Assembly (NCBI GenBank): GCA_051941275.1
Contig: JAVEBF010000085.1
Coordinates: 1-32,109 of the forward strand
Source: Dirinaria sp. TL-2023a
Lineage: Eukaryota
Direction of reading: 5' to 3'
Length of the DNA: 32,109 nucleotides
Under the pieces are notes generated by a model. It did not search any database. It saw nothing but the letters and a program-made list of their open reading frames with translations, and was not told the origin of the DNA. Shown here in pieces: positions 1 to 12,840 of this stretch. Each line of letters starts with the position of its first letter. Within the stretch, counting starts at the first letter, position 1. The position numbers and the translations under genes were made by a program.

Positions 1-195
1 CTATCGAAGACTCTCAGAGCGCTCTTTCCCAAACGGGAATGCTTGAAGCAGACAGTCTCCAATAAAACGTAAGTGCCATCTGCAAGTTGAAGGCGAAAGG
101 AAAGTGCGAATGTACGGTAACGTCAGTCATAGATCAAGTCCACGCTTTCGAAATCCAGTGTCTAATATAATATCTGGATCTTTGACGGCATCAAG

Positions 196-1249
196 ATGGA
201 GTTTAGCTCACTGTATCAGCAAGTAGAAGCCAAGTGGCAGAACGCTTTTCCCGGCTTTTACAGCAAAGTTTGGAATACCCCCGGCGCCCAAGATACTGTG
301 ATACCAGATGTCGAGTTGCACTATCGTCTGACCTCTTACCCTGACCGCCTATCTATGGCTCAAGCGCATTTGACGGCATTCGAAAATGAAAATCTTGAAG
401 TAGATGGCTGGATTAATGTACATGTTGCCAGCGAAAGGGCACTTAAGCCGGCCTACATCAATCTGTTTTTTCCCTCGCAGGGAAGCATCGTGTGTGTCGA
501 CAACGACAAAAGAGAGTAAGTCAGGCGTGGAGATTCATGCCTCTTCAACACCTTCATCGGCACATCAGGGTCTCACATTGAATTACAAAGCTTGAAGAGT
601 CCTGACTGTATAGTCATATCGGACGGCCTTTGATTGATGGGATCCATCGATACCCACCCACAAGCAGCATCATGTACTATCTTTCACCCCGCTCTGACAC
701 GTTGACGCACTCCCGTTGGTCCGAAAGAAGCAGCGCTAATCTCATACTCTGATTAGGGACAAGAACGAGGGTCCCGATCGCCTACAGATGAGCCAGCTGT
801 TGTTCGATGTTTATCAATTGACCGCTGTAAGATGCCATCAACCTGTGTCTGATTTGAGGACGATATGGCGGTTTTGGATTATAAACCGCGACACTATACA
901 TCTGATTGGCGAGGCCAGAGCATCTAGGAGTCCCAGAGAAGGGGCTTTCTATACCGAGTACCGCTCAATCGACAGTGGTTTTTATGCATTTCTTGGCTCT
1001 CCCAATGGAACAGGAGTAGTCCGAATGCTCACAGATCACTGCAATGCACTTGGGAGGAAGACAATTGCCTGTAGTCGGGTACCCAAGGGCATTGACATGG
1101 CTTCGCCGACTTTTTATCTTGTTTTGGCGGACTCCCCAGTAGCAGCTACAAAGTCGAAGTGGTCGGTTGCATGGCACCGACGAGACGCAGCAAAGCGTCA
1201 GAAGCTCGGCCAGATTGGGACGACGGGCCACGGTGTTTCGTACTTGTGA
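196..1249 (+). CDS. Hypothetical fungal protein, 2 exons (196-515, 757-1249), ~270 aa
   Basis: GTAAGT donor at 516, GCTAAT branch site at ~735 and TAG acceptor ending 756 splice the 107-aa and 153-aa ORFs in frame (...DNDKRE|DKNEGPDRLQMSQ...). The C-terminal FYAFLGSPNGTGVVRMLTDH...LGRKTI resembles a recurring motif of uncharacterised ascomycete proteins. An upstream exon (GTAAGT at ~69) cannot be excluded. Confidence 0.75.
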
Positions 1250-1536
1250 TTTCTGATCGGTCCTCGATGCCGGGAGTAGCGCTTTAGCGAAACGGAAGAG
1301 GTGTTCGTGATGGACTAATTAGGCATATTTTTGGTGACCGCGGGGGCAAAAATCCGACTGTGCATCTGCGAGTGATAGCTCAGAGGACCTCCATCCCTAG
1401 GTAGCTAAGCTGAGCGGTATACATACATCATAAAGAGGGTATGAACAACAAAAGAGGATCTGCGCAACAGAGATAGATCTGATCCAGATTATCGGGGTCA
1501 AAAATCATTGAACCTCACTGAGCAGAGAATCGAGCG

Positions 1537-1679
1537 CCAGCATCTAGTTCCAGTATCTAGTCTCAGCGTACGAGTCCGACATACAAGTCCAGAACACAAC
1601 TCCAGCACAAAACCCCATCACACAGTTCCGTCACACAAGTACAGCATACAAGTCCAGCATATGAGCCCAGCTACAGACG
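1537..1679. repeat. Degenerate 13-bp tandem minisatellite, ~11 copies, consensus CCAGCATACAAGT
   Basis: Units read directly: ccagcatctagtt, ccagtatctagtc, tcagcgtacgagt, ccgacatacaagt, ccagaacacaact, ccagcacaaaacc, ccatcacacagtt, ccgtcacacaagt, acagcatacaagt, ccagcatatgagc, ccagctacagacg. Confidence 0.85.
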
Positions 1680-2782
1680 GCGTTGGTTCACGTAGTCAAG
1701 CTCGCGACTGGTAAGCACCCTTGAATAGACCAGCTTTCACTCCAAATAGCACCCGCCGAAGGTTTATAACTCGACAGTCATCGATTCGACCACCTATTCT
1801 CGGGAGAGCATACCAGCTTGAACCTCAGTGTGGCTGGAACGTCCGACTGAGGAGAACCCCCTAGGCCAACCCATGAGAGTACGGTAGACATGGCTGCGCT
1901 TTGGAACCTGGGCGTCGATGAGTATTAAGCAACTACATATTTTGGCCCTACCGAACCAAATAGCTGAAGCTCTTATATCTAGATCTGAAGAAAGATGGAT
2001 GGGTGGTGAAGGAGGAGAGAGGGCTAACAAAATCAGTGTTAAGCTCCTATCTTTTACGACCTTCGGCATTATTTTCTGCGAGTACGAATCCGCCCATTCC
2101 ACTATTCGTGTCGGTTAGAAGATATGGGAAGGTGGGCTTTTCTTGTGTTCCCACGGGCATGAAGAGAGATATAGGTTCGAAGGGATGAACGCATGTCAAT
2201 TTCTAAGGCGGATTTTGTATGTACACTTGCGGGTATGCCCAAAAATTTGGCGAATTAAAAGGTCATACAATGAAAGCCGGTTGCAACTACATCATCTTCC
2301 TAGCATAGGGTTGCTGCTTTTATCTTAACTGTCTCTTCGCCGGACGGCAAGATTGTTTCCAGGTGTATCAACTGAGGAGTAATTAACTTGACAAATCGAG
2401 TTACTTATCTAATTAAGCAGCCCCTTGATTTAGCTTCTTATTTGGTTTGGTCTCTGGCTCTAGTCGAACAATACTTCTGATTAATATTTCCTGACACTTG
2501 AGCCTCTCCCCTGGTCACGCTATGCATTATAGACTGGATCAAGGATGATGATGATACAGGTAAGACTTATCATGGTCGCCGACCAAAGGATATCCAACAA
2601 ACGATCAAGAGCTGGAGATGAGATGCAGCGAAGTCCTGCAGCCATTGGCTCGTCAATGTCGGGTTGCTTAGTGATGTCTTTTGGATGTGCATGACAGCGA
2701 AATCGTTCTTTCCTTGCTCGTATGAAGTTGCCTGCTTTTTTTGACGCTATTGCGGATGACAATGTACGCCGTCGAATCAGAG

Positions 2783-3955
2783 TTAGACCGAAGCTTCCAA
2801 TTGCTTCTCCAGTGGGTCGGCAGCCTTTGTTTCTTTGTCTTTGTCGAGAACATCGTGCGGAGCCGTTAAAGGGTTTGACTTTGGGCTCAGCGGTTCACCC
2901 AGCGTTCCCAACATATACTTATCCCTTTCATTACTTCGCCGGTACCGGGCAAACTTGGGATCATCGATCATACCAGCAGCGGTCATCTTTCGCGTGACTA
3001 TCAGAGTAAGTGGCGGTAGCAGATCTTCCCCCTCTGCAAGTTTGACCCAAGTACTCGACGAGTTCCGGATGTCTGGTCCAGTATATCCCAGAAGTTTGGC
3101 GTACCTCGTATTGTATCCTGGAGCTGCACCTTGTTCATCCATCACGCTCGGGTCTCGTTGGCTTTCCGGAAATGCAGCCTTCTCCCTCGATTCGAGGGAT
3201 GTAATGAAGTCTATGGCTGAGGAGAGGGTGGTGGTTACGATTTCGATATCTTCGTGGTGGGGGAACATGTCGGATTCAAGCTTGGGAGATATATCGTCGA
3301 AGGTAATTGGCGCGCTCAATTTTGATGGAATAGCTGTGCGAAGCAGGTGAACTATCACATTTGATTCTGAGGAGCGAGTATCGACAATCATGATCAGAGC
3401 TTGAAAGAGGGGCCGGAGTTTGAAGTACATGTTCTGCCTTCTGTTGATGCCAAAAGCGCCATGAACTTCGGAATAAGGATCGTCGATTTCCATCCCTCTC
3501 GAGTCCTTCTTCCTGACACACAATGGTAGACATGCTTCTACATGGTCGCACCATGCCTTGTGAATCTTCGTGATAACTTGAATGGTTGGCTTTTGCTCGT
3601 TAGATGGGATTTCGATACGGATGAGCTTAGCAAGGAAATTGCCGAAGTCGATATCGACATTGTGATTGCGAAACCATTGCTCGTAGATTGTGAATATGAT
3701 GTCGCCGCGAAGTGCTTTCTCCTCACTATAGGCACCTTTGTGGCCTTCAAGGCGAGGAGTGATGGTGTAGATCGCCGTAGACTTGTTGCAGCTATCCTGG
3801 ATATGTCCGAGGTGGACCTGCGGAATAGGCATCGAAAATGGCAGATCAAGAGGCTCAAAGCCAAAGAAGTAGTCCTGACGGCGGCGATGAACTTCCTCCT
3901 GGTGGTGTCGAACCGTGCGAATGATTTCTTGATTGGTCAACTGATGGCGTGGCAT
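2783..3955 (-). CDS. Hypothetical protein, intronless, ~390 aa (MPRHQLTNQEII...)
   Basis: Uninterrupted 396-codon ORF with the first ATG at 3955 and a globular-protein-like composition. No domain recognised. Confidence 0.75.
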   Translation of the reverse strand: MPRHQLTNQEIIRTVRHHQEEVHRRRQDYFFGFEPLDLPFSMPIPQVHLGHIQDSCNKSTAIYTITPRLEGHKGAYSEEKALRGDIIFTIYEQWFRNHNVDIDFGNFLAKLIRIEIPSNEQKPTIQVITKIHKAWCDHVEACLPLCVRKKDSRGMEIDDPYSEVHGAFGINRRQNMYFKLRPLFQALIMIVDTRSSESNVIVHLLRTAIPSKLSAPITFDDISPKLESDMFPHHEDIEIVTTTLSSAIDFITSLESREKAAFPESQRDPSVMDEQGAAPGYNTRYAKLLGYTGPDIRNSSSTWVKLAEGEDLLPPLTLIVTRKMTAAGMIDDPKFARYRRSNERDKYMLGTLGEPLSPKSNPLTAPHDVLDKDKETKAADPLEKQLEASV

Positions 3956-4429
3956 GATAGCTCGATTCCTCAAACCAGGTGTTGTAGGATAAGTAAAGAT
4001 GAAAGGTGAATGAGTGCCGATATTGTGCCTGAGATACCGGAAAAGTCGCGACTACCTTCGCAATCATGGGGTATGCAGGAGTTGTGAGGATTGTTTTGAA
4101 AATTTCGTAATGTTGAGAAAAGCTTCTCGGTGGTAGCGTTGCTCGATCAGGCTAGGCTCAAGTGGCGCATAGAAAGTCTAGGAAGTATCTGGCTTGTCGA
4201 GGTAAAGATATCATCCGCCGTGATAACCTGGTGAAGCCATATCGGATGTTTGATTGCGTATCAGTACCTGCAAGATAAAATTTCACGAGATCAAAACCTT
4301 AGCCAAGTACTCGTACATTCATACCGCAATGTCGCTTAGAATTCATGGATCTCTGCCCCCAAAATGAGGGAGGAGCTCCTCCTCTGCAGTAAGATTTTGA
4401 AAAAAAAAAAAAAGCAAAAATTCAGGGGG

Positions 4430-7000
4430 TCGTACCTTACCAAGCTCCTTCTGACCTTCCGAGCGAGAGGCGCTGGGCTCAAGCTTTATGGATTTGGGTC
4501 TTGTTGGTTTGTTGACCTGGTTTCAATCATCAAAGCGCCGACCACTTCGCCCGTTTGCTGGAACATCATAATGACTTTTATATTGCAGGTCCAATGATAA
4601 GACACCCTTCCATAAATCAACGATCGTATCAAATCTAATACGCTTCATGAATAGTTTGTTGGATAATTCGTATGTTTCGTTAAAGCCTCCTGTGAACTTG
4701 TGCGTGCTGGATGATTGCGAAAGCAATGAGCGCGCGTAGCAAGGACTTTCAGGCTCACGCCACGCCGCGGAATAGGGTTCTGAATACTCACAGTATATGT
4801 AATTGGCCGACGGAAGAACCTCATCAAACTATTTGAAAAGGACAAGTCTCGAATCTGATGGCGTTAGTAAAGATATGTCGCGCTCTTAGCTTTCTATTAG
4901 AGAATCCTTTTCAACGGTTTTTTTTCACATGAAGGTAAGGTAGCTCTCCAAAAAGAAAACACAAAAGAGCTCAAAGCTGAGGGGACAACGGGGTATTAGT
5001 ATAGCACGTGTCTTGAGATGCTTCAGGGTCAGCTCTGAACGTTCATGATCCTCATCTCCCGCGCTGAGTGAGGTATAACAAGTACCTATATGGGTTTTCT
5101 GTCCTTTGAAAGCAACACAACGGTACAATAGTTTTGAGCCGAGGATACCTAACTCAATCTGCAAGGCACTGAGGTATACCAGCCAGGAACATCCAACTTC
5201 AGACCTAATGTGACTAGTGTGAGAAGAGGATCATCTACTGTTGTAATCCTAGGAATTGGCAATTCACCCAATAATGATGCATCGGGAGGTTGCAGCAGTG
5301 GCGTTGCCCTCTTACTGCGAAAGTTTCCTTCGTGAGTAGATGCAAGCCGCAGAAGCAACGCTAAGAAATCATGATGGAAGTCGGGGAAAATATCCTCCAT
5401 CTCGGCTTTAGAGGCTACAAATTTTAGTTCTTCCAAATCAGGTTCGGACGACGATTTTTGGGAAACGCACTCATGATACGGATGAATAGCATGTAATCCG
5501 TCATTTTTTGAATGGCTGCAAGCTCGAGAGGCACAAATCCTGCGAATATCGCCCACCGCCTAACACGTCTGTAGCTGTTGAGGGCCCTGACTGCAACAAT
5601 GATGCTGGAACTAGGAACCACGTTGAGCTAAATACCTCGGGCTATTTCGAAGTATAGACATATATACCAGGGATTTGGATTTGAAATATCATCATCACGG
5701 CCGCTATCAGTTCCGAACCATTGATGGCTTTCAATTTGGCGGCACTATTACATTGTGAGAAAACTAGCGTAGAGTAATCGTTGTCATATTGTCGATTCGA
5801 CGAACTTGTTTCCATCTCAAATAGAGAATGTCTACTTCTGTTGTCAGCAGTTCCCCGTGCTGAACCACTGCATACAGGTCCCGATCCTGTTTGTGGGCGG
5901 GGAGTTGAGGAAATAGTTCGGTGATTCTTTTTGGATCAGTCTGCTCTAACGGCCTAGCGAGATCAAAAAGAGTGTGCACGAGCGCGAAGTCAGCTGCGAG
6001 AGCATTGGGACAGATATGGACGGATGGAGGCCTATATCGAAGTTTCAATGCTGCCGGATTCTCAGGTCCTGAGTCCCTCACATGGAATTTGGTATTTCTG
6101 ATGCAGTAGAAACGCCGTTCACGCTCTGTACTATTGGACCCCTGTTGCCAACGACGACGGGAAGATAATTTTCTGGATGAAGACTACGGAGACCTAAGAT
6201 AAAGCTTATTAGAGCTAGTACAGAAATTTTTCTCTAGGCACAGTCATGTCATGGTAAGCAGCCAGAGGGTTGTTGCTATGTTCAGGAACAACAGACAATG
6301 TGGAATAGGAAGTGAATTCTGGTGGATGCGTACAATAGTCTTGCTCGTCTGCGCAAATATAGTCTGTACTGGGTGCCATTGTGGTATTGCGTATCTCACT
6401 ATCCACAATCGTCCACCCCATCGCGTGATTGATATTGTGCTATTAATGCCGACTTAAAGGGAAATAAACCCCATGTGAAGCAAAAGAAGATACTTTGCAA
6501 TATCGTGTTCAGCTGGCAAGATTGTAGAACAAAATTGTGATTTCAGAAATACGCAAGAAGATAGTGTAGAGATGGTAGGTGCGCTCAGAGTCGTGCTTTC
6601 CTCCCCATAGTGAGTGGCCGGCGCAAATGACTTACTGAAAGCCGCCTTCATGGTCTCCAATTTCCCATCTGTCAGAAATCATAAGTACCTAGCTTTCAGG
6701 CGCAAAAGAGTCCCAAGCTATTCTCGATCGCCCCCAAGTCTGACATAGCAAGCTTAGAATATGGTGGAAAAATGGCCGACAAGCCATGCAGATTCAAATA
6801 ATTGTACTTCATTGATCCGTGTGCAATGGCAAGGAACTTGACCTCCTTGATTTCCAGATCTCAAGCTTTGCTGCTAAGATTGATCGCCGTGTAATCCTCC
6901 TTCTTTTCACATATTTCTATTAGTGCAAAACTGAGAAATTCGTCGATTTCATCCTGTGAGATTTACTTTGATCTTGGTTTCTCGAAGCTCGGCGTATTTT
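4430..7000 (-). pseudogene. Large fragmented gene relic, unidentified
   Basis: Chain of adjacent or overlapping minus-strand ORF pieces (5764-6081, 5424-5621, 5149-5556, 4925-5164, 4645-4845, 4523-4726) with protein-like sequence that switches frame (e.g. ...IMSAFPKNRR / PDLEELKFVASK...), plus intron-like signals. Boundaries are approximate. Confidence 0.35.
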
Positions 7001-7309
7001 GAGAGTGGTTCAAACTATGAGGTCTATGCGTTAGCCTTATTTGTTGATTACCTGAGTAGAACACCGTTTAATAACAAGCATTAATGGCAATTTCACGAGC
7101 TCCGAGGTTCAGCATAAAGCTTCATTCTTGTACGACTTAAATCAGCTCTATCCGTGTAGTAGCCGTAAGTTAGCAAATCCTTCATTCAAAAGCAAGGGAA
7201 AGAATAGACTTTTTTCAAGTGAACTCAAAACCAACCGCGGTATTAATGTCGTACCTCACATAGAAGCCCAACTCGATCTCGTCAATCCGTTCCATTTTGG
7301 CTCTTCGAG

Positions 7310-7750
7310 CTACGCCAAACACATGACTGCAGATGCCGTTGTAATAGCCATCATATACGCAAAGCCTACAAAGAGTACTAGAAGGCTTTCCACTAGTGTT
7401 CTTCCCGTTCCCATCACGCGATTTGAGCTCACAACATCCTTTCCACCCTTAGTTTCCACCGTTTCATGACGGCCAGCAGCGTATTGCAACCCCAGCCAAG
7501 CCGCCGCAAAGGTCAACTTCGGAACATCAGCGTTAGCCATGCCGATGTAGCCTTTTTTGGATTTGGCTTTTTTCGCAAATGTTATACATACGACATTGCA
7601 CATTCAACTCCTTGAATCGTGTCATCTGACCCGAGCAACTGCAGCAGATTCCGTAACACTATCTCTCAGTCGTTCGAATCCATCTCGGCGATCCAAAAGC
7701 GAGTCTGTATCCAATCGTAGACAACGTGCAATTCTCCAGAAAAGGAATGC
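7310..7750 (-). pseudogene. Possible relic of a small membrane-protein gene
   Basis: One frame with internal TGA stops, a GTATGT...GCTAAC...AAG intron-like segment and hydrophobic stretches (LTFAAAWLGL, LLVLFVGFAYMMAITT). Confidence 0.3.
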
Positions 7751-10700
7751 TTGACGCTGACCACAGATATATTTAGGTCTTAGTGAAATGCATGGTAGCT
7801 GGCGATGCGTCGTATCCGTTGAGCCTTGCGATAGGGCATGATTTTATAGCAAGCATTGAACCAAGCTTATGCTCTTGCCAAAGTCCGCTATACTGGGAGA
7901 TTTCCCCAGGCTGCGCGTTCCAGAAGTATGCAGTAGCCATCACTCAACAGTGAGTGCCAGGGGCGCGAATTTGGTTACTTCCAATGGCTTTAGCTCTCGA
8001 TTCATGTCTTAACCCGTGGTTGATTCCAGATTGCCCTGGCCTCTGCGCTTCGGTACCATGCATTCCCAGGTGATCTGCATCGATACCTTGCGCAGCCGTG
8101 AATTCGAATAGCAACCTGGAAAGATTTGATTTCGTTTTCAAGGCAAAATTGTAAAGTCGGGATTGTGGCCTTTGGCCGTCGGCTTTTAGGTGACATGGTA
8201 CATACTGAGTACCTAATGAAGTACACGGTACGTACACATACAACAAGAATAAAAGCATCAAGGAAGGAAATTCTATATTCGCAGAGGGTATGAATACGGG
8301 CAGCGAAGGACGTAGCTAGCTTTGGGGAAAGTTTTTAAATGCTAGAGCCTGCAGTCACACATTTCCGCCTCGTCCTGGCATGTAAGTACGTTAAGAGCGA
8401 TTACTGTTGCCGTATTGGCATCTTACATGGTGTTCGGAAGACACTGAGATCCCACAGACCCTTCTCGACGCATTGAGTACTAAGTTTAACGAGCACTTCG
8501 TAGCATGTATGGGGAGCCTGGTTGCATTCTGAGACATCATCCGTTGCTCCAATAAACCATTTTGAAAGCATACTTCTCCCGTACCTACCCAACCCAGATA
8601 TCCAGCCATATAAGTTGAGGAAGCGCTCGCGCGGTCATGATCAGGCCTGCACCATAGCATTTCACTTTTGAAGTTCAGAATATGTGTCGGAACATGACTT
8701 TTACTATCTGGCTGGCACGAGCAGCGCGAGTATGTGCTGGCGGTGCGAGGCGGCTCTTCGAATGGTCATTGGGGCGACTTCCACCCTGGCAAGGGTTTTT
8801 AGCGTGATCCCACATACTACTCCGTACACGTAATGATCATTTTTTGTTCGAATAATTCAATGGATTGCAACAAAAAAAAAAGGATTTTCTGGCAATAGGA
8901 GGAAAAGCTACCTTATGGCAGAGATTTCTCAGGTAAGTGCAAGCGGTGAACCTAGCGGCTTGAGAGGTCGGGCCGAACCCTGACTGAGCCCTGATACCTT
9001 ACCGTACCTTTTCTAGAAGCCGCACAGATGCAGCATGCCTACTTGTACGCTATAGGGTTCTGATTCGATTGTGACCTCCACAATTGACTAGTGACACTGA
9101 CTACTGCGCCTGGTTTCTTTGGAATATGTAAAGTTGGATTCGCTTTGGCGGCACAAAGACCAACAGGTACCCTCAGCAATGAATGAAGCGGTCTGAACCA
9201 CATTTGCCTATACTCTGTCATTGAACTAGGATTGCTCATAGAGACACAAGGGGCATTTGCCATAGGTAGAGCCTCCTTCACGGATCCTTCAGCTGAGCGC
9301 GTGCGAATTACCCCCCTCTAAGGTCCCTAATGCCCAGACAAGGATAGGCTCCTCAATTCCATGCCCGCTGGAACTTTGAAAATCCAGGCGCGGTGTAACT
9401 GTGCGTCAGCACCATATCTGCGCCAGCTCCCTGCCAGCTTCGCTTATAAAATGCTTTCTCCGTCTGAGTGTGCAGTACCGTAAAATAATAGATATCCGTA
9501 TGGTTCGAATAATTCCTAATGATTCCTAAGCGAGGGCATGATCCCCGCTAGACTCAGGATTGGATACGTCGATCCGTTTTGTGTGATCCTATACATTCTG
9601 AATAACCACATGGTTGGATTTAGATGACCATCGTTATTGTTGAGCTGTTAACTCTCTAAATTCTCTAAATTGGCGATATTTGATGCTACCGAGCTTAGCA
9701 TATACTCCGAGCAGGGCGTGAAATGTCCTCCATCTGGTTCCCTACTATCAGTGCAGCACGCAAACAGGCAGCTGCAAATACCGAGTACGCTGCACGGCAC
9801 ACCCCGCCGACAAATTTCACATGTTGTATCGAGCAAACCTTGCCCAACGCCTCTAATACATAGAAATTCGCAAGAAATGTCGACCAGAAGGTCCCGGATA
9901 GACGTCTTCTCAGAAATATGCTTTCTCGTTAGCATGCATCTTGAGTGACAGCCTCTTGGATGCTAGGCTAACTTGTTTCCTCCTCATCAGTGGCGTCGTT
10001 CCGACAGTCTGAGGACCTTTTAGTACGTCTGCGCATAAAATCAAAGATTGTTCTTGCTGATTGGTGTTACATGATAATCATGGAATATCATCGCATCTTC
10101 TGAACAAGCACTCATATCCGCACATAACCCTAATGAGAAGGTCATGTAGAGAGATATGTGTCAATTATATAAGGAATGTAGGTGCCGCCTGGATGGTGCC
10201 CTCATCATCCATGAGAAAATGAAATAACTGCAGAACCTCACCTAACACCATATAATAACAAGTCCTTGATCTGCCGGGTTTTTCTAAACCTTAAGCCCAA
10301 GGCTGGATATCGATGGAATGGAGAATAGCAATACACTTTCCCCTCGCTTTAAAACAATCGCCTTAAATAAGAGCGTCTCTTAGGACCTTCTTTGTCGATA
10401 AACGGTGGTTGATACACTGCAGATGCAGCAGCATGGCCGACATTTGGAGTAATCGATGATTCATTGCTTTCACTTCTAATTTCATCTTCACAAAGTATCT
10501 TGGGAGGGAAGAGTAGCTGAGGACTTTTTCCCAGTTTAATGACGAACAAGAAGCGTGCTGGGGGGTAGAAGAGATTCTCACTGAAGCTGATGATCTTGGC
10601 AAGTAATAGTTTCTTTCAAAGGCCCGAAGATGAGGACACCGTTGATTGTGCTTTCTATTGAATCGATGGTGATTGCCCGACTGAAGGTGGTAATTCCCCC

Positions 10701-11307
10701 ATAGCTCGCTTTTGAATAATGCATTCTACAGGATAAGGATTATCATTCTTGTTATGCAGCTCTTTAGAGGCTCCCTCATCACCTAAAATGATCTTCGTAG
10801 TACCACACGCCTTTATTTAGTTGCCAGGTACATCTCTAACATGGCTGGCTGCGAAAAAAGTGAGCATTGCTGAAACACCTTCTTAAAAAATAATATACTT
10901 ACAATGTAAAGATTTCGACACGGCAAATGATCACCGCTATCCATCCCCTGAGGCTGCTGGCTGCCCGTAGGCATCGGCTAGGGATCTTCGTAAGAATGCA
11001 GATATCCACAAAATCTTCAACTTCTACGTACCCTGTGCCCCTTGCTATAAGTGTAGCATCTGGGTGATTTATCAGCGATTTTTCAAAACTGACGTTTGAG
11101 TCTTCGTTAAAAACGAATCTTTAAAAAAAATTTTCATAAAAATCGATCTTTTAACTGAAATTTTATTTTTCGAAAATTGAGTGTTTTTCGAGAGCTTTGC
11201 ATTTATCTCTCAGCGACGTTGATAAATCGTTTTTTACGATTTTAATAATTTCGATCATATTAGTAAACCATTCGTTAAAAACGATGATATTTTAATGATT
11301 AACTCAT

Positions 11308-11934
11308 TCATGAATTTTTTGATTTTTTTCTGCTCGACGTACAATGATCTGCGATCATGACGTCGCAAATCAAACAATCGTGATAGTTTTTGAAAACATT
11401 TCTAAAAAAAAATAAAAACGAATGTGATGAAGAGTTTAAATAATTACGAAAAATTTTGATTGAGTTGACTTCACGGACGAAATATGTCGAGAGAAAAATT
11501 GAAATTTTCATATTCTTCGATTTAATTATTCACGTGTTTCTGCGTTAAGTTACTTTCAACGCTAATTTTACGTTTTCGCTTTTCTCGAGCAAGTACAGCC
11601 GAGTTCTTTTCTCAGAAATCGTCGCTCTTCGAGAAGAATTAAGCTTTCGATGGTTTATTCGTACTTTTGGAGATCTTGGCTGTCTAAAGTCTCTTCAAAC
11701 GATACGTGTAATAAAAAAATTCTCCCTGATTCGTCCGTTCATGCCCAAAATCTCGTATCTATGTCTCAAGTCAGCGAATTCTTCATACGACGAGCTGTCT
11801 CGATCTCGTTCGAGCTTCAGAACAGTACGAACTATCGATCCTGAGCGTAGCGTAGAGATGTAGATCAGATCTTTCGGATCGATCATAAACAAATCGTCGA
11901 ACGATGACGATCGTCCAAGACAATAACAATACAT
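11308..11934 (-). pseudogene. Degenerate ~210-codon ORF, unidentified
   Basis: ORFs 11695-11934 and 11308-11511 are in the same frame (starts 423 nt apart) and are separated by only three stops (TGA, TAA, TGA). A CLICD...HC motif lies near the end. Confidence 0.45.
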
Positions 11935-12014
11935 ATCTTTAATTGTGAAATAAAATGATGAGATTCGTTTCGCTGACTTTTAATTCGAATCTATTTTTCC
12001 CATCATTATTCAGA

Positions 12015-12695
12015 ATCTGTGAGTTAGCTTCGATCTCATCCTTTCTCTTTTTCATCTCTCGATATTTCTTGAACGACGAAAGAGAAAAAAGAGAGAAAGA
12101 TCGAGATCGATTTTCTTGAGTTAAACTCTAATTCGAACGGGAAACTCTCGTCTCTCTTTTTATAAAAGTTGCATCGTCTTGAACTCTCATCTCTTCACTT
12201 ACAATTCTCGCATATTGAATCGAAATGATCGAGAGCGCTTTTGTATTGAGAAAAAGAGTGCGACGACTGATGACGAGAATTCTGACAGACCGTACAGTCT
12301 GAGCCGCTCAGCCGACCTCGGCTCTGTATGAGGAGAGCGTTGATATACGAGTGGCGATGGCTGAGAACTTGATCTGTTGGGATCGTCTCGAAATCATACT
12401 CTACTGCTCGTCCTGACATCACCAAAACGGCTCTGAACTGCCCGCTGTGAGCGAACGCGGTCAGTCGGTTCTCACCCACTGCTAAAAATCCTATGCCTGG
12501 TTTGGAATTCTTAACCGTTGTAGTGACTGACAGGGTGGTAAAGGGCGCGGGGCCCGGCCGATCAATTCAGCTTCGAATACTCGAATGTGAAACGTGGAAG
12601 AAGTATACTGACGTCTTCGAATACTACTCGCTGGCTGAGTAGCTCTTCAAAGTTTGGATCTATCGGTCTGATAAGCTTCGAGGAGACAGACATCA
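12015..12695 (-). pseudogene. DUF3716-like Cys-rich protein, inactivated
   Basis: SYINALLIQSRG...CTVC...SFSQY...DHFDSICENCK*RD...RC matches the recalled DUF3716 pattern (SYINALLIQSRG, CxxC, PFPxC, GHFGGxCGNCKWRD..RC), with the Trp codon read as TGA at 12195-12197. The 5' end is uncertain. Confidence 0.7.
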
Positions 12696-12840
12696 TTTGA
12701 ACCCTTTAAGTATGCGACATTGGCGATGTTCTGATATTTTTTATTGTGAAATTCTTTTTATCTGAAAAGTCAAGCGAACATTGAAAAAATAAAAAAGAGT
12801 CTGAAAATGATCATCTCGAAAACTATTCAGTAATTTTCTC

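Noticed and set aside
1537..1679. CRISPR-like array or coding repeat
   Set aside because: Units are contiguous with no spacers, the context is eukaryotic, and a 13-nt period is not codon-phased.
2722..4009. Plus-strand ORFs of 91-171 aa
   Set aside because: Antisense shadows of the 390-aa minus-strand gene.
8690..8790. Patatin-like motif (DFYYLAGTSSAS)
   Set aside because: Lacks GxSxG and any supporting DGGG or DGG motifs.
8846..9515. Repeated 13-mer GTTCGAATAATTC
   Set aside because: Several 13-mer matches are expected by chance in 32 kb, and the flanks do not extend the match.
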